This document shows positions 1 to 10,492 of a stretch of 64,000 nucleotides of DNA, piece after piece. Made by a program: the position numbers and the translations under genes. This DNA is from Octopus sinensis. Lineage: Eukaryota. Position 1 is the first letter of the stretch; each line of letters starts with the position of its first letter. The DNA lies in contig NC_042997.1 of assembly GCF_006345805.1 (NCBI RefSeq), positions 73,594,001 through 73,658,000 on the forward strand, written 5' to 3'. Below the pieces are notes generated by a model. That model saw only the letters and a program-made list of their open reading frames with translations, did not search any database and was not told the origin of the DNA.

Positions 1-1430
1 ATAAATAGCATTAAATATCTTTTTTAATTTTGTGAATGTTTCTTTTTCTATAACTGCGCCTTTTACATCGTCACCATACAGTTTTGGGTTCAACTTCACC
101 CTGACCAACCCTTTCCTACCTGCAAGTCTCTTTTCCACTTCTGTATTCTTGATATACATCACAACTGCTTTCAGGTTTTTTCCTGCAGGCCTTCTTCCCT
201 TTTTACACGCTTCCAACTGCTCTTTCACTCTTGTCTCCCATTCTTGGTCAAACTCTGACCTTGGCTTCTCTCTCGCCTTCTCTTTTACTTCCTGTTCTTT
301 GCGTGTTCTCTCTTCTTTTTCTTCTGTTATCTTACTTTTGATTTTTTTCTTTTTTTGCACTTCCGGTGGTGATTCCACCCTTGTTCTCTTCCTATCTTCT
401 GTTCTTTCCTCCTCCGCACCCGCTCGCTCCTCCTCCGCATCCTCATTCAGCCGCTCCTCCGTTTGTGCCTCCTCTGCCTTCGCCCCCTCCTGCACCTCTC
501 CCTCCTCCACACACGCATCTCTACACTCCTCCATCACAGCCTCCGGCGCCTTCGCCCTTTCCCGCGGGCACACATCCTTCATGTGGCCCCCTGATTTACA
601 ATTATAGCAGACTGGGGGTCCTCCCTCCACCACGACTCCAAGCCGCGTCTCATCAGGGCAGACCAACTCCTCCGGGATGCTGTACAGGTCTCGCACGGCT
701 ATGTGTGCCAGAACCCGCACCGCATATCCCCACCACCCAACCTCTGTTGACCTCTTCCACCCTCAACACCTCCACACTATCCCTGCAGCTGAAAACCACT
801 GCCGCCAACAACCTCTCCATATCAAATTCGGGCGAAATTCTGCCAACTCGCATCCTCACTGCCCTCCCTCCGCAGCAACTTGGTAGCAAAGTCCACCCAT
901 CCGCTTTCAAAACTCCTGCTGCATTCCTCCCTGCTTCGTTCTCTGTTTCAAAATATACCACCACTGTGACACACCTCCCTCCTCCTTTGAAAAATGTGGG
1001 TTCACCCTCAACTTCCTTCAGACACCCCTCCACCTCTTCCGTTTCTGCTACTTCAACCCCCTTCGACGCCACACACCATGTCCTGTACGCCATCATACGC
1101 CTCTCCGCGCTGCTCTCCTCCTCCTCGGACGGTGCGACTCTCACGCAGTCACCCTCCCCCTCCAAACTGTCGAAACACCTCTCTAGAGCTTTCCGCTCGA
1201 CCACCACCTCTTCCACTTCCCGTTCACTGGCAACTAGGCCCCCGCCTGCCGCTCTCGCACAAGTCTGCTCTTGCACTTACAAAAATCTCCAACAAAAAAC
1301 CTTTCAACGTCCTCCAACGAACTCGAACTCACAACCCCCTCACAATGACGCACTCGAAACAAACACACCAGAACAACTCCAACTCGAAACAAACACACCA
1401 CAATAACCAAAAAAAAAAGGGGGGTGGTGG
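1..1430 (-). mobile_element. 5' part (5'UTR + ORF1) of a Tx1/L1-type LINE, running off the left edge
   Basis: ORF 653..1276(-) segment WTLLPSCCGGRAVRMRVGRISPEFDMERLLAAVV resembles the other ORF1s in the window. After a frameshift it continues as VVVEGGPPVCYNCKSGGHMKDVC (CX2CX4HX4C zinc knuckle, 568-609), followed by an E/R/K-rich tail. Confidence 0.8.
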
Positions 1431-1725
1431 TATTTGTCTGGACTTCGTACATGTATATATGTAAACTCAGTGAAGTCTATTCACTGATTATCAAAATAAG
1501 AAATATTGAATTTGTAAATCTCTCGTAGAGACCTGTACGGTGGTGGGGCGATAGAATGGTTGTATACTGTCAATCTAACAAGAACGTGACAGTAGGGGGT
1601 ACACCACCGTTGTATAGCCCTAGGAGGCATCGAACGCTCCTGACAGCTTCGACACATTTTTTCCCTGTGTCCTTATATACATATACGAAGGGGAGACAAA
1701 CACCCCCAACCGCCAGAACTGCATC

Positions 1726-1767
1726 TAGGGACACCGTGTTTCAGGATCATTGTCCTTCATCGGCCTA
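1726..1767 (-). ncRNA. Minimal type-I hammerhead-like motif with variant core CCGAUGA
   Basis: Minus strand reads UAGG-CCGAUGA-AGGA[caauga]UCCU-GAAAC-acggu-GUC-CCUA. Stems I and II and a near-palindromic stem III all pair, and the cleavage triplet is GUC. U4 is replaced by C. Confidence 0.6.
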
Positions 1768-1979
1768 TATATATATATATATATACATGTTTTATGATTT
1801 ACGAACTCGTTGCAAATATATATGCATTCTAACATGCAAATATGTTGATATATATTAAAATCAATTTTCCAGTAACAAAGTACTTTAATGACTGATATTT
1901 TCCAAAAGACTGGCCCTTGGGAGTTTGCTGGGTGAAAAGACAGAGTACATATTTCCCAGATCCTGAATTTTGAATTCAT

Positions 1980-2101
1980 CTCTCTCCCCCTCTCTCTCTC
2001 ACTCACTCTCCCTCTCCTCTCGCTCCCCTCTCCCCCTCTCTCTCACTCACTCTCCCTCCCCTCTCTCTCTCATTCTATCTTCTTCCCCCTTTCTCTCTCT
2101 C
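1980..2101. repeat. (CT)n-rich degenerate microsatellite
   Basis: Direct reading of ctctctcccc/ctca repeats. Confidence 0.9.
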
Positions 2102-2639
2102 TTAGCTGTGCGTATTAATCAAGATAAATGGCGATAAGGTCTTTTATAAGAAAAGTTGTGTTGAGAAATTTCTATATGATATGGCACTTTTGAAAAAGAA
2201 AACAGTCATATTTAATAATACTGAGTATTCTTAATAGCAAGCTGACTACATTCAAAATACAGTCGCAGCAAATTTGTATGGTTGCATTGAGGTTGCTTGA
2301 TCACACTTTCAATTTGTTGTTTTTGCTGCTGCAATTGTTGCGACTGTAGTTGCTGTTAAAGTAGCATTTGCAGTTATATAATGTTTTTCAAAAACGATTT
2401 TAACTAAAATCCATTCAACGAAACTGAAACAAAATTAAATTAAAATATTCTGGAATCAGGAAAAAAAACTAAATGCTATAAACTGCCTTTAAAATGTATC
2501 ATTATCAGAAAGCAGCTTTCGTGCTACTGAGCTTCTTATTAGCTTTTGTATTATCTGTACAAATTCTGTTCATAATAAATTATTTTAGAAGAATATACGT
2601 TGTTAACTCATTTCTTGTATAATTTGACTATTCATAGTC

Positions 2640-3540
2640 AGCTATTTTTACTACCTCTGCTGATGACATAAAAGCATCACAGGTGCTGAAGAATCCTGAT
2701 GACATACTAAAACTGCAAAAAGGCCTCAATGCAATATATGAGTAAATTGATTACAATCGGCATACACACGACCAAGAAGTAGTGCAGTCCCAGAGTAAGA
2801 GTTGATACGTGACCTGGGAATCCACATGAATAATGATGCAGCATTCCATGTGCATATTACCAAGAGGGCAACATTGTATTGGCGAGCAGCTGGATAGATT
2901 CTCAGATCAGTCAGAACCAAAGAGAAGGGTATCATGCTACTCCTATGAAGAGTTTTCGTTCTCAGTTGCCTGGATTACTTCTCCCAACCGCTGCCATCGT
3001 AGAAAGTCAGACTGATGACGAAACTTGTGTGAATCCAGAGACACTGCGCAACTCGGCAAAACAGATGAGCTAGTAAGAAACACTAAAGGGACTGAAGCTC
3101 TACTCCGAAAAGAAAAGACATGAGAGATATGCAGGGACAAACGTATGGAAGATACTGGAATGCCTAACTCCCAACTTCGGAACTGAAAGCTATACTAACC
3201 ACCGAGGTGGATGGCACTGCATTTTACCAAAGATCCCGTCATCTCCATCTAGAAGCAAGTACCAGTGCTGAGCTTCAGTGAGCCACAACTATTCAACATT
3301 TCTGCCAAACAGGATTCAATGATTTGTGGGGTGTAGATATGGAGGTTTTCAAAGAACTTCTGGACAAATTTTTATCTGAGATACCAGATGAACCCACATC
3401 ACGGCAGGAGGCACAAAGAAGAGCAGCTCCGTCTAACTCTTTCCTTCACCAGAAGTTGTACAGAAAAGAAACCCAATCACATTGAGAGCCGGTGCTCCAG
3501 TATGGCCTCAGCCTCTGACCGGAACCAGTAAAATATAACA
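2640..3540 (+). mobile_element. Decayed CR1-group LINE 3' fragment (RT C-terminus + 3'UTR)
   Basis: Translatable remnants ADDIKASQVLKNPDDILKLQKGLNAIYE* and IRDLGIHMNNDAAFHVHITK, with multiple stops and frameshifts. The 3' end resembles in style that of the CR1-like element at 38.8 kb. Confidence 0.7.
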
Positions 3541-4170
3541 TGTATATATATATACATATATATATATACTTAAGTTAATGCGAACATATGTTAGCCACTC
3601 AAAGGGATGGTTACATCCAAGATTACACTGGTTTTATACTGGTTTTAACTTTTCATCTTTTTTCTTACTTACATATATATGTTGCACCGCTGAAACGTAC
3701 ACGTTTTTTCCTTTCTCTCCCTATTTATTTCCGCTGAACGGGAATGTGACACTATGAGTAATAATTTTTATGATATTCTTGCCGCTTTTAAATAAAATAC
3801 ATTACTCTACATCTGGTATTAGAGTACTCTTTTTTACACCTTGTTTCACATTTATGTGCTTACTCCGGTGTATACTATTCGTCGGGGCTTGGATGGCGGC
3901 CCTGCCAGGCTCTTAAATGTAAAAACGTTGGGTCGGGTCAAAAGCAATTATTGACCCGTATATAATTATTTACAATATGTATTTTAAATCTACTCTTCTT
4001 TTTAAGGTCTTCTTCGATTTTACAATAGAATGAATTTATATTGAATTCATTTATTTTGTTCATTGTATGCTTAAGACCGTTAATTGAAATGGCTAATGAA
4101 ACAAATTCATTTTTAAAGGTGTATCGTTTAACTAGTTTTGATTATATCGTTATTTCTGTTGCATTTTAAC

Positions 4171-4216
4171 AAAACTGTCCGATGAACGGTGACGTGAAAC
4201 TCTGAGCCACAGTTTT
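4171..4216 (+). ncRNA. Decayed or variant minimal type-I hammerhead motif
   Basis: AAAACUGU-CCGAUGA-ACG[guga]CGU-GAAAC-ucuga-GCC-ACAGUUUU. It has an 8-bp stem I and 3-bp stem II, but the core has U4C and the triplet is GCC instead of GUC. Confidence 0.5.
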
Positions 4217-4709
4217 TGTTATATTTCTGCTGCTTTTAAATAAAGTGTGTATGTGTGTGTATGTGTGTGTGCGTGTGTGTGTGAGTGTGAGTTTGATCTA
4301 CTGAGAATTTCAATAGTTTGTAGCGGTGTTGATGTTTAAAATAATGGTGTAAAATAATGGAGGTCGCGGTGATACGCAATCGTAGGAAGGAATTAATTGC
4401 AAAATATGTATTTTTGTGAACAAAATTTTCAAAATAACGAATAATTTAATGCATGCACCATATCACACTTAATCGTCTTTTGCTAAAAGTTTATTCGTAA
4501 ATTGCATCTTCCAAACCGCTGATATGCTGTTTCTATGGAAGAAATTGGAGACATAATATTATTGATATAAATTAGAGATACTTTTGTTGTGTTTAGGAAG
4601 AGTCATTACGCCAGTATTATAAGAGATATCATTTTATAAATAGGTTATTGCGACAGTATCTATATTTTTTCTTTAAGGCATTTGACTGGCATTTAAGCAG
4701 TTAAATTAA

Positions 4710-4862
4710 ATGACATACATACACACACAAATACATGCATACGCACATATATACATACATACATATACACACACATATACATACATACATACATACATGC
4801 ATGCATACATACATACATACATACATACATACATACATACATACATACATACATACATACAT
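4710..4862. repeat. (TACA)n/(CATA)n microsatellite
   Basis: Direct reading. Confidence 0.95.
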
Positions 4863-7800
4863 AGAAGTGACAAGTTGTGTATTTGGTGTTGGAGACATCG
4901 AAAATACGATGAATTATATCTCCAACTTTGGAGCCACAACTATCAGCCCTGTTAAATAATTGGTTAATCTTCAGATGAATTAGTTGAGGGAGCCTTTTAT
5001 TCACGATTGTAGTGATTTTCGACTGAAACTTTAATTTACCATGCATAGGGTTACTACAAATAACATGGCTGATCACAACATCAACAACAACACAACCGAG
5101 GAACAGAACGAAAACAACAGCTCAAAAGATTCTTTCTAGCTGTAGTTATGGACGAAACCGTAATTACAAAATTCTTTTCTCCTGGAGTTATGAATTGAAT
5201 ACTGATCTATTTAACTACTACAAAAACCGAAACAAAACCCCGCTGTTGGCTATATGAATAGATTGAAATCATTAATTTACTGTGAAGCAGTTACGCCAAC
5301 ATGCAACATTTGTAGAACATAGGAAGAAGGTTAGTGATAGTAACTTTATCAAAAAAAAAAAAAGATCTGAAATTAACATTCTTTCCAGCTCTATAAATGA
5401 AAACGAAAACATGAATGATGTGAGAATACCAAGCGATATCGCAGTTAACGATATTCCAACAGATTCTATACTGCCTGCCAGCCAAACTACAGTACTGGCT
5501 AAAGTAACTGACTATTCTCCCTCTACTACGACTATGGTAAATACAGGCACAACCGCAATAATTATTGTTGTTGTTGTAGTAGTAGTAGTAGTAGTAGTAG
5601 TAGCTTTAGTAGTAAGAATTATATACCAGTGAAATGTGCCCTTACTGAAATTTTCCGAGAAAAAATAAAGTTTTGAAGTACTCTCTCGAAGAGAGAGTAT
5701 TCTCTACCAAAGTAAAAATGGTGAGAAGTATTTACAGCAGTGTAATGAACCCACATTATGGCTGAATAACGTCTTACTATATGCTCTGTCTACTACTGCA
5801 AAGCAGTACATGAATGACATTCAAAATGCCAGCAAAACCGAAACAACAAAGAAAGTACCATCATGGGTTTTGAAGACAGAGAAAAAGATTACTGATTTAC
5901 GGAGGACCATCAGCCATGTGATGATGCTTATTGCGTGCAAAGAAGCAAATCACTATAGGTCTAATCAACAGAAAGTGAAGTAAGGGATAGAGCAAAAGAG
6001 GACAGTCACTTGCAAACTGATCACCCTCAAGCTGTCAGTGAGAAACTCCGACAGAAAAGAATAACCGAGAGAAAAACAATAAACAAAAAACTTAACCCGA
6101 AGCAGACAGCAGTATACAGGGACATGAAAGGAGAAGCAGTGAACATCGCAGAAGGTCATTCACGAGAAGACATGGACTATTTCTGGTGGTAGATCTGGTG
6201 TGAAGATGAGTTTAACCAAGATGCACTGTTGCTGGAAAAATCCAAAGAATATATGGCCCCTGCATTACATCCAAGACATACAGCATTGATGGTGATACCC
6301 TTGTAACTGTGTTCCAGAAGCATTAGCATGGAAACGCACCTGGAAGAGATTTGATTGTTTGATATTGGTACAAGAAGCTAACATTCTACCTTTCATTGGT
6401 AACAGTAGCATACCACACTGGTTAGCTTTAGCAGAGTCAAAATTGATTCCCAAATGCAGAAGCACCCCATGGCAAAGAAACTACCAGCCAATGGCACGCC
6501 AGAACTTAATGTATAAGATATATACAGCATGCTTAAGACTCTTCCTTCAAAACCACTGTGAAACCAATAACATCGTCACAGTAGAATAAACAGCTGGGAA
6601 GATGGGAGTTTGGGGATGTGCTTAGCAACAAAATTGTGATGTGAGAGGTACGAGAGCATAGTAGGAAACTATTCTCACTGTGATTAGACTACAAGAAAAC
6701 TTTTGACTCTGTTCCCTACTCATGGATGCTAGAAGCCCTTCAACTTGCTGACCTGACTTCATTGTGGGCCACCATCTTGAAATTAAACACAAAGAGTGAC
6801 AGTATTATTACTGATAGAATACAGTATCACAGAGGCATATTCCAAGAGGACAGTCTCTCTGTGATGTTGTTTATACTTTCTGTAAACGCCTTGTCATTAA
6901 TGTTAACGAGGAAACAGAAATACCAAAATTACACACTGGTTCCTTGTGGATGACTTGAAACTTTATGCAAATAATTTGCACGAGATGAAAAAGAGCCTTG
7001 ACCTGGTTACAACATTCTCAAAGGATGTAGGGTCGGAATTTGGTCAGGATAAATGTTATATGGTTGGAAAGAGGCAAAATTGTAAACCAGACTAACATCT
7101 CCATGAATGGCGTGACTGTTTCCCCTATATCTGATGAAGAATGTTACAGGTATCTAGGGTGGATGAAAACATATCTTACAATGGCACCTGAAGCAAAACA
7201 CGTGTCGCTAGAGAATATTACAGACGAATAAAGAAAATTTGGACCTTAGAACTCTGTATTCAATAAAACAGGGGTCCACAATGTGTTTGCAGTACCAATG
7301 CTCATACCAACATTTGGGCTGCTTGATAGGACGCTTGATGAGATCCGAGCCACTGATGTGAAAACCTGGAAATACTAACAAAGACACATAATTTCTACAT
7401 AGTGACGCGGACCGCCACTATCTTAAAAGAAAACACCGATCCAAAATGTTTTTGAATGTCGTATCGTACTCCTTCAACAACATCTTTTAACCACCAAATG
7501 TCAAAGTGCATCCCTTGACCAAGTTTACATACATGAGGCTGATAACGTCATAAGACTTGAAAGCAGCTCTCTGAGCTGCATTCCTCGTCTGATAATCTTA
7601 AATACATGCCCAAAGAAGTCGCACGACCCTACTGTAATGTATCATCCGCAATGTATCATCAGATGAAAGGATGACCATATTTGTACAGATATTTTAGTAG
7701 AAAGCTCAGAGATGAGAGTAGCATTGATCATCAAAGCAGTCTATCATGGACCAACTACCGGATTAATACTTCCCACATTGAATGTATGCGTTTGCAATTC

Positions 7801-8502
7801 AGGAACAGGAAATATCAACCAAATACCTGATGCACAAAAGGAATAGAGATGCAGAAAAAGCAGTAAAATGTGACAACCAATGCAGACTCCGAAGATAATA
7901 CCCACATCATAAGCAGTTGTCCAAAAATGTCTTCACGCTATTATCTGCTGATGAGACATGTTGTTCTGGTTAGGAAAATGTATAATGAGATGCGTTGAAA
8001 GGATAATCCTGAGGACAAAGAAATAAGAACCCACAATATGGTGAAAGCCATAGCCTTTCATATTAAAAAGTAGTGCTGGTGGAATGTCCCAGTGAAAACC
8101 TCAATAACATGTAAACACAATAGACCTGATATAACAATTTGAGATGGAGAATAGAAACTGTGTACAGTTGTGGAAATCAACTGAAGATCAGTGAAAAAGG
8201 AAAAACCTACACTGAACTATTGAAAAATCTACAGTTACGCTATCCAGATTGCAAGTTCAAGTTCACACCTATAATTATTTGGGCACTGAGATATGTAACA
8301 CACTGCTTAAATCTTGAGACATTAAGCTTCTTAAAACCAGAAAAGAGAAAGCTGGTTCGAAGACTACAGATCCAATCCATCACTGGAACTGTAAAAATCT
8401 GTAAAACTTTCCAGAAGTTTTTCATTTAAAGATTTTTGATCATGTTTAGATATGCAAGTATATGCAAGTATATACCTAAAACAAAACATACAAATCTGCT
8501 CG
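4863..8502 (+). mobile_element. Decayed R4/Dong-type non-LTR retrotransposon (RT + CCHC + restriction-like endonuclease)
   Basis: RGIFQEDSLSVMLF (QGDSLS motif), HWFLVDDLKLYAN (YMDDxKLY), FGQDKC, YRYLG, then HIISSCPK..RH, WWNVPVK..HNRPDI..CTVVEI (PD-(D/E)xK RLE). It has many stops and frameshifts and is flanked on both sides by (CATA)n. Confidence 0.85.
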
Positions 8503-8611
8503 TATACATACATACATACATACATACATACATACATACATACATTCATACATACATACATACATACATACATACATACATACATACATACATACATACA
8601 TACATACATAC
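8503..8611. repeat. (CATA)n microsatellite
   Basis: Direct reading. Confidence 0.95.
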
Positions 8612-8619
8612 AAAATTAC

Positions 8620-8720
8620 CCTGTCCTTGATGTTGAAATTCCAATGAAGGAGCTTTGGATTTAGGTTAGAAACCAGCTCTTTTTCTATTGGCAGGAGATA
8701 TTGAAATATAACTGAATAAT
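8620..8720 (+). repeat. Short dispersed repeat (related copies ~49265-49355 and inverted ~59350-59420)
   Basis: Shared sequence ccaatgaaggagc..ggat.taggttagaaacc.gctcttt.tctattggca.ga, with a 9-bp hairpin gaaggagcc/ggctctttc in the family consensus. Confidence 0.6.
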
Positions 8721-8737
8721 GACGTACATACATACGC

Positions 8738-8978
8738 ATACAGTAGTGGAAATCAGCTGCCCAGCGGATATTAAAAATAGAGCTAGAGATCAGGGAAAAT
8801 AGAGTATCTACGCTGAACTATTGAGAAATCGGCAGTTACTCTACCCAGATTACAAGTTCAGGTTTATACCTGTAATTATTGAGGCTCTGAGATATGTAAC
8901 GCATTGCCTAAATATCAATCTTGAGAAATTAGGCTTCTCAAAACCAGGAAGGAAGCAGATTCGAAGACTATAGATTCA
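8738..8978 (+). mobile_element. 5'-truncated 3' fragment of the same R4/Dong-type family
   Basis: Parallels 8160-8400 (VVEISCPADI..YAELLRNRQLLYPDYKFRFIPVII.ALRYV) and begins right after catacatacgcata. Confidence 0.75.
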
Positions 8979-8979
8979 A

Positions 8980-9297
8980 TGACCATGGGATTGTACCTAG
9001 AAAGTTACCATCCAAGGTACAAGCCCGAGCAAGGTTGTTTATGGAAGAATTACAGTTGCTCATGCATACCACCCTCCACTCTCAACACTGCCTATGTTCT
9101 CTAAAGGAAAGACAAAGGCCGAAACAGCCTGGCAACAGTCAGTGACGTCGCAACTCATTTCTACAACTGAGTGAACTGGAGAAACGTGAAATAAAGGGTC
9201 TTGTTCAAGAGCACAACACAGAGCTTGGACCGGGAATCGAACTCACTATCTCATGGTTGTGAGACCGATGCTCTAACCACTGAGCCATGCACCTCCA
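8980..9297 (-). mobile_element. tRNA-derived SINE
   Basis: Minus strand has A box TGGCTCAGTGG (9277-9287) and B box GAGTTCGATTCCC (9232-9244), followed by a ttgtg.tcttga.caagac..cactcag.tgtagaaatgag central region typical of metazoan core-domain SINEs. Confidence 0.8.
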
Positions 9298-9939
9298 CAT
9301 ACATACATAATGGAGAGCATCCAATACGTAGCTAACTCTATCCACCAAAGTATAATGGTAACTATAAACTACCTCACTAAGCACCATGATAATAGACTCC
9401 CTGTCCTTGATACTGAACTTAGAGACTGCGAATAAGAGTGAAGCTTCTCCACTCTTACTACATGAAACCCATAGCTTCTAAATATGCTATTCGCGAGAAC
9501 TCCGCTTTGTCACACATGAAAATCAACATATTGATAGCAGACTTAGTTAGGATAATGCGAACCCCATGAAACAAGGAAATATGTACAGAACTTCATGTAC
9601 CACATGCAATTCTCTGGATATGATCGGAAAGATAGGATTCGGGTATACAGGGGAGCTAGAAAGAAGTTAGATAACATCATATGAAATGAAACCAGTGGAT
9701 TCAAAATGGACGCAAATGGATCGAAATCACAGTTATACAAAATATAGATTAGTACCAAATCCTCTTCTGGTTACTTCAGAAATTATTATCATTATCTCAG
9801 CTAACATTGCAGAGTTCCTAAAGTAGATCCAACTTTAATATACACCGATTGTGGATGACACCTGGTAGCCCAAACTGTGCCGGTGCTCTACTAAAACACT
9901 TCAACATACTAATCGACATATATTATTCCAAAATATTAA

Positions 9940-9951
9940 ATATATATATAT

Positions 9952-10010
<59 letters not shown>
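9940..10010. repeat. (TA)n microsatellite
   Basis: Direct reading. Confidence 0.95.
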
Positions 10011-10014
<4 letters not shown>

Positions 10015-10199
10015 ACACACACACAGTATGTTTTCATATGCTATTTTCTATAATTAATAAGCTATCGGCATTTTTGTCGAAACGGGTATGCTATTGATTA
10101 TATAATTTAGAATAATATTTAAAAATAATAGCATAACACATGACCCGATGTTTTACCCTGTAATTGATATTTCTTGAATTTCACACGTCCTGCTTTACA

Positions 10200-10230
10200 C
10201 GATAGATAGAATATAGATAGATAGATGATA

Positions 10231-10268
<38 letters not shown>

Positions 10269-10295
10269 TATAGATAGATAGATAGATAGATAGAT
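10200..10295. repeat. (GATA)n tract at the 3' end of the Tx1 stack
   Basis: Direct reading; abuts the 3' terminus of copy A1. Confidence 0.95.
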
Positions 10296-10365
10296 ATTTT
10301 CTTTATTAGCCACACAGGGCTGCACACAGATAGAACAAATTACAAGGTAGAGCTTTTCTTGAAGG

Positions 10366-10399
<34 letters not shown>

Positions 10400-10460
10400 A
10401 GGGGAGTTCGATCAAAAGGGATCGTAAAAGGAGAGAAGAGGACAAAAGTAAGGGGGGTTA

Positions 10461-10492
<32 letters not shown>

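Noticed and set aside
32-1406. Long plus-strand Pro/Ser-rich ORFs (191 and 346 aa)
   Set aside because: They are antisense shadows of the purine-rich minus-strand ORF1.
4693-4959. ORFs of MYVC/HTYI, YLSI, IYIY, CVCV, poly-F/K/E/S type here and throughout the window
   Set aside because: These are translations of (TACA)n, (GATA)n, (TA)n, (CA)n, (TTC)n and homopolymer tracts, not genes.
8630-8690. Possible hammerhead with CCAAUGA core (also ~49280 and ~59400)
   Set aside because: Both U4 and G5 are altered, there is no proper NUH or stem I, and a competing 9-bp hairpin gaaggagcc/ggctctttc explains the structure better.
9205-9297. tRNA gene
   Set aside because: A and B boxes are present but there is no acceptor-stem 3' half, and it runs into a SINE body, so it is called a SINE head. 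The same applies to 36357.
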